Source of the DNA: Pristiophorus japonicus
Taxonomy: Eukaryota
Length of the DNA stretch: 64,000 nucleotides
Direction: 5' to 3'
NCBI RefSeq assembly: GCF_044704955.1
Contig: NC_091982.1
Coordinates: 166,532,001-166,596,000 of the forward strand
Part shown: in pieces, positions 34,301-46,782 of the stretch
Position numbering within the stretch: position 1 is the first letter of the stretch
Layout of the letters: each line of letters begins with the position of its first letter
The notes under the pieces: model-generated
Told to the model about the DNA's origin: nothing
The model's input: the letters and a program-made list of their open reading frames with translations, nothing else
The model's database searches: none
Position numbers and translations under genes: made by a program

Positions 34301-35861
34301 ACCTGGACCAGCCAGGATCCTTTACTGTCCCTGGTAAAAGACTGTGTCCTCCATGGGAGCTGGTCCAGTGTCCCAGCAGAAATGCAGGAAGAGATCAAGC
34401 CGTTCCAGAAGCGTAAAGACGAAATGTCCTTACAGGCGGACTGTCTTTTGTGTGGTAATCGCGTGGTTTTGCCTAAGAATGGCAGGGAAATGTTCATACG
34501 CGACCTATACAGTACCCACCCAGGCATAGTAATGATGAAAGCCATAGTCAGATCCCATGTGTGGTGGCCCGGCATCGACTCAGACTTAGAGTCATGCGTG
34601 CGCCAATGCAATACTTGCTCTCAACTGAGTAATGCATCTGGAGAGACACCGCTAAGTTTGTGGCCGTGGCCCTCCAAACCGTGGTCTAGGGTCCACGTTG
34701 ACTTTACCGGCCCATTTCTAGGCAAAATGTTGTGGATGCTTATTCAAAATGGATTGAATGTGTAATAATGTCTGTAAGCACATCCATGGCCTATGAGCCA
34801 TGTTTGCCTGCCAGATGTCCTTGTCAGCAACAATGGGCTGTGTTTCACCAGTGCTGAATTCAAGGATTTCATGACTCGCAATGGAATCAAGCACGTCACG
34901 TCTGGCCCGTTCAAGCCCGCATCCAATGGCCAGGCAGAACGGGCAGTTCAAACCATCAAACAAAGCTTGAAACATGTGTCTGAAGGCTCCCTGCAAACCT
35001 GCCTGTCCCGAGTCCTGCTCAGTTGCTGCACCAGACCCCACTCGCTCACCGGGGTTCCCCCAGCCAAGCATGTTCATCAAAAGGGCGCTCAAAAGCAAGG
35101 CTCTCGCTTGTCCACCCTGATCTCCATGCTCACGGAGGGCAGGCGGCATCAACAAAGCATGCACTATGATCTCATGATCGCGCAAACTTGTCACGTGATA
35201 TTGAAGTCAATGACCCTGTATTTGTACTCAACTTTTGACATGGTCCCAAATGGCTTGCTGGCACGGTCATAGCCAAAGAAGGGAGTAGGGTTTTTCAGGT
35301 CAAATTGGCCAACGAACTAACGTGCAGAAAGCATTTGGACCAAACCAAATTGTGGTTCACAACAGCCACGAGCAACCCGAAGAGGACACCACCAACTTCG
35401 ACCCTCCAACACACACACAAGTGGCAACCGGCATCACGGTTGACCACGAAGCTGAACTCATCATCCCCAGCAGTCCGGCAAGGCTAGCTGCCCAGCAGCC
35501 CAGCAAGGCCAGCTGCCCAGCAGCCCAGCGAAGAACCAACCAACTCACCCACACCTGCAATTGGACCGAGACAGCCGACAAAGGAGCGAAAAGCTCCAGA
35601 TCACTTCACCCTGTTAATAAGTGTACTATTGACTTCGGGAGGGAGTGATGGTATGTATGTAACCCTTGGCAACCTGTTTCACACCACCACCAGAGAGCCT
35701 ACCTGTTGGAGTCCCAAGGGATCCCAGCATCCCTTGGGAGCACGGTATATAAGCAGGCCTCCCATGATGTACCAGCACTCTAGAGTTTAATTAAAGGAGC
35801 TAAGGTCACACTTACTCATTGCATACAGTACTCAGTTGTATTCTTTATTATGAGCATAACA
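31393..35861 (+). mobile_element. Gypsy LTR retrotransposon B, nested in A
   Basis: LTRs 31393-31605 and 35649-35861, 5-bp TSD CATCC, PBS TGGCGATGAG, PPT. gag, LDTGAS, FQDD and integrase remnants with stops. Confidence 0.93.
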
Positions 35862-36789
35862 CATCCCTTGGAGGAAAACTTTCCTCAGGATCAGCCTAGA
35901 ATGAGTCTAAGTTCGACACCATGTTTGGGAAGTTCTGTTTGAGAGTGAAGGTACCCTCTTTGAAACAGAAAACAAATGGTTAAGCTAGATTTGTAAAGAT
36001 GGCAAAATAAGTCAATATCCTCTGTTATGTATAACCATGCAAGTTATGTATGATTGTTATAATTACTACTTCATTAAGGAAGGAGAAGTGTAATATATAG
36101 TTCCATCCAGTGCACTACTGTGCTAATGCAGCCACTGCTGTTTACAACAATAAAGAGGGAACAGGTCAGCTGACAGCTATCTGAAATTATCAGTCATCTT
36201 AAAGCCTGTGTGTTTGTGAGGTCATACAGAAGATATCACCGGACAGATGGTGCAAACAGAGTTACCATTTTTATCAATGGGAATATTGTATAATGATTGG
36301 TGTTCCAGCCCCACACAACTCCAGCATGCATGTACATACCTGAAAGATATCTTCCCATGTGCTGTGCAGCGAATATAGACCTCCGACCGGGATCCTATGT
36401 TCCTCCAGTACCACCAGGTACTTTCATAGATTTTTTTCGGGTCGGAGGTGTTCGTACGAAGGAAGCTTCCGACCACAAATTTCCCCCCACAATTTTGAAC
36501 CTTGCATCAAAGATTCTTAAGATAATTATTTCACATAGCATAAATCATGGCACTAGTCTTCCAAATGATGATTAGAGTTTGCCAAGTTTCCATTTCGTTA
36601 TGGTTAATGTTTTATTTGAATTTAGGAGTTACATATGATTTTGGCACCCAAAGTGAAAATTGGTAGACTGACCATGTCATAGCAGAAGTTGCCAAAAGCT
36701 ATTTTTTTTCTAACTCTTCCCCCACCCCGCCTCCCCTCGCCCCCTCCCCCATCACCCTGCCCGCCCCCCCACCCACTACAAAAAAGAGT

Positions 36790-37380
36790 AGATCTTCTGT
36801 TCGTTTACAGTTAAGATTTCTGGGAAGGACAGTTTTAGTCACATGAACTGAGCCTAAAGACTTTTGTAGTTGAGACCTTAATGAATAAAGATTTATTGTT
36901 TAGATTTTGCTACCATCTATAAAGTATCTTGTTGAGCTCACATGCGTTACACATGGTGTCAGAAGTGTTCTTTAAACAAAAAACAGAAGTGAAAGGCCAG
37001 CCAGCAAAAGCATTTTTGTGTGTGTATTTTTGGTCGACTGCAGTAGTCGAAGCCAGAGAGAGGACAATCACCCAGATGACTTGGGCTGAGGTGGAAAAGC
37101 AACTAAGCTGGAAAAGTACCAAAAGCCCTGCTCGTAAAAGATGAAGATGAGCATTGAGAAAAAATTGAAGGCTAGCCAAGTTGATTCAAATCAGTCAGGA
37201 AAAGCTACAGATGGGCCTGAAGTTGACAACCATCTACGGAAGAGAATGAGGGGTTCAAGGAGTTGAAGGACAATGTCAAAGGGAAGAACCAGGTTAACCA
37301 ATATAGAACATTGCCAGAAAGAGCAACTTTATAATATTGAGTATCACGTGGAAGAGAAGCTGAAGAAAAAGAGGTAAGAA
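36790..37380 (+). mobile_element. Remnant of another LTR element (LTR end, PBS, gag start)
   Basis: AATAAA...TTACACA followed by PBS-like TGGTGTCAGAAGTG at 36954-36967. Confidence 0.5.
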
Positions 37381-37540
37381 AGGCTTTGCAGCTACTGCTT
37401 TATACTTGCTTCTAGGGGAAATGATACATAATCTTATACCAATGGTGAACTAAACAAAGGAATGGACTGAGATCAATGCTATTTCTTCAATGCAGATACA
37501 TAGTGACATGCAAGAATGTGGCTTAAACCCTTTTGCTTAT

Positions 37541-40500
37541 TGATGTGCATCTATAAAGCATGCACTCACTCCCATGTTTCCGCCACCAGGGAGCACATCC
37601 CCTGAAGTCCCAAGGGATCCCAGCATCGCTTGGGAGCACTGTATATAAGCCGGCTCCTAAGGCCTGTTCCTCACTCTGGAGTGTCTTAATAAAGACTGAG
37701 GTCACTGTTACTTTAACCTCCCTGTGTGCAGTCTCAACTGTGTCAGGAACACAATAACTGGCGACGAGTATACGAATCCAACGCACAGATGCTGCAAACT
37801 GTGGGCATCCTGGAGAAGTTCTTGGAGAGTGAGGATTGGGAAGCCTATGTCGAACGGCTAGACCAGTAACTTGTAGCCAATGAGCTGGACGGAGAAGGAA
37901 GCACTGCAAAAAGGAGAGCGGTCCTCCTCACGGTCTGCGGGGCACCGACCTACAGCCTCATGAAGAATCTTCTGGCTCTGGTGAAACCCACAGATAAGTC
38001 GTATGAGGAGCTGTGTACACTGGTTCGGGAGCATCTTAACCCGAGGGAGAGCGTGCTGATGGCGAGGTATCGGTTCTACATGTGCCAGTGTTCTGAAGGT
38101 CAGGAAGTGGCGAGCTACGTCGCCGAGCTAAGGCGACTTACAGGACAATGTGAGTTTGATGGTTACCTGGAGCAGATGCTCAGAGACTTTTTTGTACTGG
38201 GCATTGGCCACGAGACCATCCTACGAAAACTTATGACTGTAGAGACACCGACCTTCAGTAAGGCCATTGCGATAGCACAGGCGTTTATATCCACCAGTGA
38301 TAACACCAAACAAATCTCTCAGCACACAAGTGCTAGCAAAGTTTAGAAATTAACTGGAACTGTGTTTGGGAGCAGAAATGTACAGGGCAGAAACCACGAG
38401 TCTGCAATTACCAGCAGGCCTCAGGTGACCCAGATAACTCCGAGTCCACAACCAGGGATGAATGCAAGCTCTGCAAAACCTGCTAACCACCACGTGGCAG
38501 AGGAAGATCGGTCCATGGTGGATCAAAGCAATTTCGAGCCTCAGAGAGAGGAGGCAGATGCTGAAGTACATGGAGTGCACACATTTTTGCCGAAATGTCC
38601 ACCTATAATGCTAAATGTAAAATTGAATGGCTTACCCATAGCCATGAAACTGGACACTGGCGCTAGCCAATCCATCATGAGTAAAAAGATGTTTGAGAGG
38701 CGGTGGTGCAACAAGGCATTCAGACCAGCCCTGAGCCCCATCCACACGAAGCTGAGAACGTACACCAACGAGCTCATGACTGTCCTGGGCAGCGCCATGG
38801 TCAAGGTCATCTACAAGGGGACGGTGCACGAACTGCCGCTCTGGATTGTCCCGGGCGATGGCCCTACACTGCTTGGAAGGAGCTGGCTGGGAAAAATCCG
38901 CTGGAACTGGGATGACATCCGAGTGCTATCACATGTCAATGAGGCCTCATGTACCCAGGTTCTTAACAAATTTCCTTCCCTGTTTGAGCCAGGTATTGAA
39001 AACTTTTCCGGGGCGAAGGTGCGGATCCACTTGGTCCCAGAGGCACGACCCATTCACCACAAGGCGCGAGCGGTACCTCACATGATGAGGGAGTGAGTGG
39101 AAATCGAGCTGGACAGGCTACAACACGAGGGCATCATCTCCCCAGTGGAATTCAGCGAGTGAGCCAGCCCGATTGTTCCAGTACACAAAAGTGATGGCAC
39201 GGTCAGGATATCTGGCGATTATAAAGTAACTATTAATCGTTTCTCGCTACAGAACCAATACCCGCTACCTAAGGCAGACGACCTATTTGCGACGCTGGCA
39301 GTAGGCAAGACGTCACGAAGCTCAACCTGACTTCGGCCTACATGACGCAGGAGCTGGAGGAGTCTTCAAGGGGCCTCACCTGCATCAACACGCACAAGGG
39401 ACTGTTCATCTACAACAGATGCCCATTTGGAATTCGGTCGGCTGCAGCGATCTTCTAGAGAAACAAGGAGAGCCTACTCAAGTCGGTACCACGCACGGTG
39501 GTTTTTCAAGACGACATATTGGTCACGGGTCGGGACACCATCGAGCACCTACAAAACCTGGAGGAGGTCCTCCAGCGACTGTATCGCGTAGGGCTGCGGC
39601 TAAAGAGGTCAAAATGCGTCTTCATGGCAACAGAAGTGGAGCTTTTGGGGAGAAAGATCGCGGCGGACGGCATTCGGCCCACAGACACCAAGACAAGAGG
39701 CTATCAGGAACATGCCCAGGCCACAGAACATCACGGTGCTGCGGTCGTTCCTGGGACTCCTCAACTATTTTGGTAACTTCGTACTGGGGTTAAACACCCT
39801 GTTAGAGCTCCTACATGTGTTATTGCGTAAAGGTGAGAACTGGGTGTGGGGAAAAAACCAAGTAATTGCTTTTGAGAAAGCCAAAAACATTTTATGTTCC
39901 AACAAGCTGCATTGTATAACCCGTGTATTGTATAACCCGTGTAAAAGACTTGTGCCAGCATGTGATGTGTTGTCGTACAGAGTCGGGTGTGTATTACAAC
40001 AAGCTAAGTTGCGGGGAAGTTGCAACCTGCCGCCTATGCCTCCAGGAGCTTGTCTAAGGCCAAGAGGGCCTATAGCATGATTGAGAAAGAGGCATTAGCG
40101 TGTGTGTGTTCGGGATAAAGAAAATGCATCAGTACCTGTTTGGCCTCAAATTTGAGCTGGAAACCGATCACAGGCCCCTCATATCCCTGTTCGCTGAAAA
40201 CAAGGGGATAAATACTAATGCCTCAGCCCGCATACAAAGGTGGGCACTCGCGCTATCAGCGTATAACTATACCATCCACCACAGGCCAAGCACCGAGAAC
40301 TATGCGGATGCTCTCAGTCGGCTACCATTGCCCACCATGGGGGTGGAAATGGTGCAGACTGAAAACTTGTTGATGGTGGCGCAGCCCGCAGACTTGTTGA
40401 TGGTCATGGAAGCGTTTGAAAATGATAAATCACCTGTCACGGCCCGCCAGATTCGGACTTGGACCAGCCAAGATCCTCTGCTGTCCCTAGTAAAAAACTG

Positions 40501-41986
40501 TGTACTGCATGGGAGCTGGGCCAGCATCCCCGTTGAAATGCAAGAGCTAATCAAGCCATTCTAGCAGCGAAAGGACGAGCTGTCCATTCAGGCAGACTGC
40601 CTATTGTGGGGTAACCGCGTTCTGCTACCCAAAAAGGACATGGAGATGTTCATCTCGGATCACCACAGCACACGCCTGGGTATAGTAATGATGAAAGCGA
40701 TAGCCAGATCCCACATATGGTGGCCCGGTATCGACTCTGACTTAGATGCAGCGTGTGTGCTCAGTTGAGCAATGCGCCCAGACCATAGTTGAGGATCCAT
40801 GTCGACTATTTGGGCCCGTTTCTCGGTAAAATGTTCCTGGTGGTGGTGGATGCTTTTTCAAAATGGATTGAACGTGAAATAATGTTAGGGAGCACAGCCA
40901 CCACCACCATTGAAAGCCTGAGGGCCATGTTTGCCACCCACGGCCTGTCTGACATACTGGTCAGTGACAACGGGCCATGTTTCACCAGTGCCGAATTTAA
41001 AGAATTCATGAACCGCAATGGGATCAAAGATATCACCTTGGCCCTGTTTAAACCAGCCTCCAATGGGCAGGCAGAGCGGGCAGTGCAAACAATCAAACAG
41101 AGCCTTAAACGAGTCACAGAAGGCTCACTCCAAACCTGCCTGTCCCAAGTACTGCTCAACTACCGCACGAGGCCCCACTCATTCACAGATGGGCCCCTGG
41201 CTGAGCTACTCATGAAAAGGACACTTAAAACCAGACTCTCGCTGGTTCACCCCAACCTGCATGATCAGGTAGAGAGCAGATGGCAGCAACAAAATGTAAA
41301 CGATGGTCGCACCACTGTGTCACGGGAAATTGATCTGTATGACCCTGTTTATGTGCTAAACTATGGACATGGTCCCAAGTGGATCGCGGGCACGATGATA
41401 GCTAAAGAAGGGAGTCGGGTGTTTGTAGTCAAACTAGACAATGGACAAATTTGCAGAAAGCACCTGGATCAAACGAGGCTGCGGTTCACAGACTGCCCTG
41501 AACAACCCACAGCAGACACCACCTTTTTCAAGCCCACATCCAAAGGATCAACGACACCACTCCGGACCAGGAAATTTAACCCATCACGCCCAATAGCCCA
41601 GCAAGGCCAGGCTCACCCAGCAGCCCTGCAGGACCAACAACATGCTAGCCCAGACAGGGCACAGCCAACACAGCAGAACAGACATTCGTACTGAGGCGGT
41701 CCACCAGGGAAAGAAAGGCTCCCGACCGCCTCCCCTTGTAAATAGTTTTCACTTTGATTTCATGGGGGGAGTGATGTTGTGTATCTGTAAAGCATGCACT
41801 CCCATGTTTCCGCCAGCAGGGAGCGCATCCCCTGAAGTCCCAAGGGATCCCAGCATCCCTTGGGAGCACTGTATGTAAGTTGGCCCCTAAGGCCTGTTCC
41901 TCACTCTGGAGTGTCTTAATGAAGACTGAGGTCACTGTTACTTTAACCTCCCTGTGTGAAGTCTCATCTGTGTTAGGAACACAATA
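37541..41986 (+). mobile_element. Gypsy LTR retrotransposon C (related to B)
   Basis: LTRs 37541-37756 and 41775-41986, 5-bp TSD CTTAT, PBS TGGCGACGAG, PPT GGGGGGAG. gag-pol remnants include an integrase core with SDNG and ERAV. Confidence 0.93.
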
Positions 41987-42337
41987 CTTATGATATAAAT
42001 GTTTTACCAAGACAGACATATGACTAACAATACTTTACATCTGAATCATAAATAGTGTTCTGAAATGCAGGAAATGCCACACAGTGGGTGCTCTTTTGAC
42101 AATGTACAGCTGAGCTGAGATAATGGAAGACTTTATGACCCTGGGGAAAGAAGGGCAGGGATGGGGAGAAGAAGCTGAACTCCATTTTTTCCTGCAGCAG
42201 TGGTCGCTAGATAGGAATCAGGGACCTGTTCCATCTTGATGTTTCAGCAGCACACCAGGCAACACATGTACCCACTAGGTCTTCAGGGAGACCAATTATC
42301 AATTAAATGGATTCCTGCACTTATGTACTGCCCTTAA

Positions 42338-42892
42338 GAGCCGTATTTTCAGCAGGTTTGCAACCGGGTTTTCGCCGCGATTTGACCCTTCATGGTGAAA
42401 GCCAGGTTGCAAAGCCCGGGCGGGATCCTCGGGTACCTATTGCGGCGGCGCTTCCAAGTACCGCCGGGGAGAGGTGCGCCAACGTGCAACGACTCGGATT
42501 GCATTTGCGATCGAGTTTCGGCACTCTCCCGACCCGTATGCCATGCCCAGAATAGCAACAGGTCAAACCTGTCGGTGCAGCCCTGCCAGCAACGGTAAGT
42601 ACGAAAACCTGCAAAAATGGTACGTTAATGTTTTTTTTTTGCAGTGATTTCTTCGTTAAGGGTCTTGTAAATGTAAATGTTTTTGGAAATGATTTTCCTC
42701 CCTCCCAAGGTGCCTCTCGCGGACTAAACTTGCCGAAACTCGCGTTTTGCACCGCGAATAATCATGCAAGGCCTCCCTTACTGACCCAAAGGCCGAAAGT
42801 TTGGCCTAAAAATGGTAGCACAGCGAAAACAGTAATTTTCACGATTCACTACCGTTTTCACCGAAAGGCCCCGAAAGCTGAAAATCCGGTCC
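42338..42892. mobile_element. Harbinger-type MITE
   Basis: Imperfect TIRs GAGCCGTATTTTCAGC / GCTGAAAATCCGGTCC; flanks TAA and TTA. Confidence 0.65.
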
Positions 42893-44319
42893 TTAGTTAC
42901 CATGTCATGGACAACCAATTAAAAATCAAGGGCATGAACCAATATCATTTAAATACATCCATTACTTAAATGGTTGCTTTCTATTACAAAAGTGATTTCC
43001 AGTTACTACATTTATTCCACATTTAAATGTTTCTATTGGTGTTTTAAGTAGATGGTGAGAGGAGAAAAGTAATTTATTAAAAGTGGGTTGTGACTTATCA
43101 AAATTAATCATTTTTTTTAAACCATCAATTACTATCCGAACAATAAGTTTAGCTAAGTTTTCAAATCCTCCAATAGGCTTGGATAAAACACAGACAGCAG
43201 GTGACAGATGGCAAAAACAAGGAGCTAGTCAAAGATATCCAGACTGAACACTTTAAGCAGATTGTGTTTACAGTAAAGCTCCTTAGACCTGGCAGAGGTG
43301 AGATTCACTTTTCTTTATTAACAGACTGAATTCTCAAGCTCATTTTGGCAACATTGAATTGTGTTGGTTTCTTGGGCTTTGAATGGAAGAGCATGCAGAT
43401 GTATGTTTATATGTCACGTTGCAGCATTTCCTGGCGTATTGTAAGAAGATCATCTCCAGCCTGGGGCGACTACAAGGGTGGCAAGCTGTTGGCCGAACTG
43501 TTCATAACACATTGTAGGTGAAAAGCACAAAGTTCTCTCACTACCAAGAAATCTTGACATGCATTACCGCACTATGCCAGACATTTATTTACATAGATAT
43601 ATATTAATCTGCTGAAAATCAGATTTAAGTTATTATAGTACTAGTTAAATGCCATATACCATTGTCTTTCATTTTTTTTTATCTCTTCACTTATATCAAG
43701 CCCCTTCCATTGAGGTTCCACTGCATGAGAAAAGCTGAAGTTGATTAAAAGATAAACTATTCAATATATCTTTTTGAAGAATTAAAATGAGGTGATGGTG
43801 TGACATAGGCTAAACTGCTGAAATTCTTTATCAGTTCATCTATTACATCACCAGAACTGCTGAATTAAACTAACGACTTGTTTCTCAGTATCAGTTGTAT
43901 GTCATTGTGGCCCAATAAGTCAAGCGTGGAACATGGACACCTCTTGTTTGTCTTTATCCAACATGGCGGGAGGTGCACTACCAGCCGGAAGTGTCTGCCA
44001 TTTTGGCTGCGCAATGTGATGCAATTTCTAGGCCCAATTTTCTCTTAGAATCATAGAATAAAATCATAGAAAAATGGTGACACAGAAGGAGGCCATTCAG
44101 CCCATTGTGTCTGTGCTGGTTGAAAAACAGCTACCCAGCCTAATCCCACCTTCCAGCAGTAGGTCCGTAGCCCTTTTGGGTTTGTCTCTTTAAGTGTACA
44201 GAGTTTTTAAGTCCCTCTTGCTGGAAAGAGAAAGAGACTCCTGGGTAAGGAAAGGAATTCCAAACAGAGCAATTTGCTGGATTGGCTCCTGTATCACTGG
44301 ACTCTATATTCACTTCTTT

Positions 44320-44680
44320 TCCCCACCATCGCTGCAGTAAGTATGACCTACAAGATGCACTGCAGCAACTTACCAAGGTTACATTAACAACATCTCCCTC
44401 CCCTGTGGACGCTACCACTAAGAAAGATAAAAGTATAAATGTCATGGGAGCACCATCACCTCTAAGTCACACACCATCCTAACTTGGTCATGTATCATCG
44501 TTCCTTTTTCATCGATTGGCCAATTTTCTGCAATTCCTTACCTCACACAATCATCATGGGAGCACCATCACCACAAAGACTGCAGCAGTTTAAGGAGAAG
44601 GCCCACAGCCACGTTCTCAAGGTAACCAGGGATGGTCAATAAATTCAGCCTTGCCAGCAGTGCCCACACCTCAAGAACAA
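44320..44680 (+). mobile_element. LINE 3' end of a second CR1-like family
   Basis: Homologous to the reverse complement of 60285-60595 (AGAAGGCCCACAGCCAC...GGGATGG..AATAAA...GCCTTGCCAGC..TGCCCAC). Confidence 0.6.
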
Positions 44681-45489
44681 ATTAACTAGCAATTAGTATT
44701 TGGGTCATGCTGTTTGTTCCAACCTTCTGAATTGCTTCTGGGATTAGAAGGAAGTGGGGTAATGCATTTAAAAATCTCTTGTGTCCATGAGTAGGGCAGG
44801 CTTTCGATTGCCTATGCTGATGATCTCATTCTAGAATAGAAGCAAAGGAGATTATTATTCACTGTTGAAGCAAATAAGTCTATCTGCGGAACCCCCCAAC
44901 CTTGGAATATTTGTTGTATGAATTTTCTACTCATGGGAATGGATTGCCTGAGTGAATCTGCTGTCACATTGCTGTACCTATCAGATGTTATATACTGTAT
45001 TATCTACTGAATGAGGCACCAATGCATCAAATGAACTATGTGAAAGCAGAGTGTGCATGAATCAACCCTTCCCTGTTTGTTTAGTTCGCAGATGACCGCT
45101 CTGTTGTTGTTCCAAGGGCAAACCACTTATCTGGGAGGAGGTTATTGTAAACTCTCTTCCGGTCAGGTTTAGAACGGAGTTGGTAGATTCTTCAGACGTT
45201 GGTGCTGCAAAGGGAGAAAGAATGATAGATGATCATTGTCTGATGAACAATAATCAGGTTGTAGGGTTGGGATGTCATTTCCGGCACCCTGTTTGTAAAG
45301 TCGAGGAAGCATTGTTGGTTGAGGCACACTAATCAGCGACAATGTCTTTTGCGGTGGATTGGTCCATGGAGACAGCATCCAGTTCAAGAGTAGAAGCTGC
45401 AGGTATATTAAATGAAAAGCTTTCAGTTGCCAGTCTGAGAAAAGCCAATGCTGCTCCTTCTCCACCCACCATTGTCTTCTTGGACTCTG

Positions 45490-46460
45490 CCAGCAGATCA
45501 CCAATCACTACTCCTCTCTGCATTTCTCACCAGAATGTCCATTCGCTTGTGGAAAAGGTCCTTGCTATCCATGACCTTATTGTGAATGACTGCAACGAAC
45601 TGCTGACTTTGGGTAACACTTAGCTCGTGGGTGGCAATGTCTTACCCCTTACCGATGCCGACTTATTACTTTCCAAACTGCCGCTCTGCCCAAACTGCTG
45701 CAGTTTGACCTTGCTACTAAGTCACACCTTGATCTCTTCTCTTACTCCTTTGGTATCATCTCCTCCTTCGAGCATCTCACCCCCTTGCCTCTTTTTTTCA
45801 TATCTGTTATGCTCGTAATAAAGTAATGCAACTGAGTACTGTAGACAATGAGTAAGTGTGACCTTGGCTCCTTTATTCAGACTCCTGAGTGCTGGTACAG
45901 TGTGGGAGGCCTGCTTATATACAGTGCTCCCAAGGGATGCTGGGATCGCTTCGGACTCCAACAGGTAAGCCCTCTGGTGACGGTGTTATACAGGTTGCCT
46001 GGGGTTGCATACATAACAATATCCTCGTTCTCTACAATGCCTCTGAAATATCCTCCTTCCTTTTCTCCCTCAGCCTCTGCACTGAGCGACTTCTCATCCT
46101 GAGTGATTTCAATCTCCATTCTCAGCTCCTCTTCCTTTCTATCTTATTAATTCACTTACCTCTTGCGTTTTCTAACCTTTTCTCTCTATATACCCATATT
46201 CATGGCCATCTCCTCTACCTTGTCAGATCCCACAGCCTCTATGCTCCCATGGTCTTGTTTACAGACTAGGTCAATTCTGACCACTTTCTTGTGTCCGTCA
46301 CCACCCATATCCTTCCATCCCCTTCCATTTCCAATTTCTTCTACATCCAATCCTGGGCAAAAAGCTCTTCCTTCAAACCACTTAAAATTGCACTTGCAAA
46401 CTCTCAAGTGTTTAGTCTTTGATCTTCAATTCGTCATGATACTTCTGCAGCCAATGATTT
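45490..46460 (+). mobile_element. Old L2-like LINE fragment (endonuclease region)
   Basis: QNVHSLVEKVLAIHDLI, LILSDFNLH, THIHGHLLYLV; pyrimidine-rich. Confidence 0.6.
45805..46018 (-). mobile_element. Solo LTR of the Gypsy B family
   Basis: TG...CA ends, reverse complement of the B LTRs, 5-bp TSD ATATC. Confidence 0.92.
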
Positions 46461-46782
46461 GTTCAACAACTACATTGGTGGGAGGTGTTGTTACAGTGGG
46501 ACATATTTACATGGACAGTTTCCATTATAAATATAGACATAGGAATTTATAATGGGAAAAGCAGAGCGCAAGAAGTTGGCTTCTACAGACATGAAGTCAA
46601 AACAGACATGAGATTTTTAATATATACAATATAAAAACTTGCGATATGAATCACTGGAAGGGTATAAATTAATTAATTGGGTCAGCACTTGTAGATCAGT
46701 GAGTGAAGTATAGTCTACAGATGCATAAAAAGTTTGAAATATATCTTAATGTGCAATTTAATTTTAATTGAAAAGAATTAAA

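Larger units (their letters stand above)
21724..36239 (+). mobile_element. Gypsy LTR retrotransposon A (degraded, heavily nested)
   Basis: LTRs of about 150 bp at 21724-21873 and 36089-36239, PBS TGGCGATGA, PPT AAGGAAGGAGAAG. gag knuckles CYRC and CFFC, protease IDTGAS, RT YLDD, RNase H and integrase fragments. Confidence 0.88.

Noticed and set aside
43955-44040. YY1-like (AACATGGCG, GCCATTTT) and ETS-like (CCGGAAGTG) motifs resembling a promoter
   Set aside because: Ends in TIR-like GCAATTTCTAGGCCC, so it is more simply a MITE remnant; no CpG island or gene follows.
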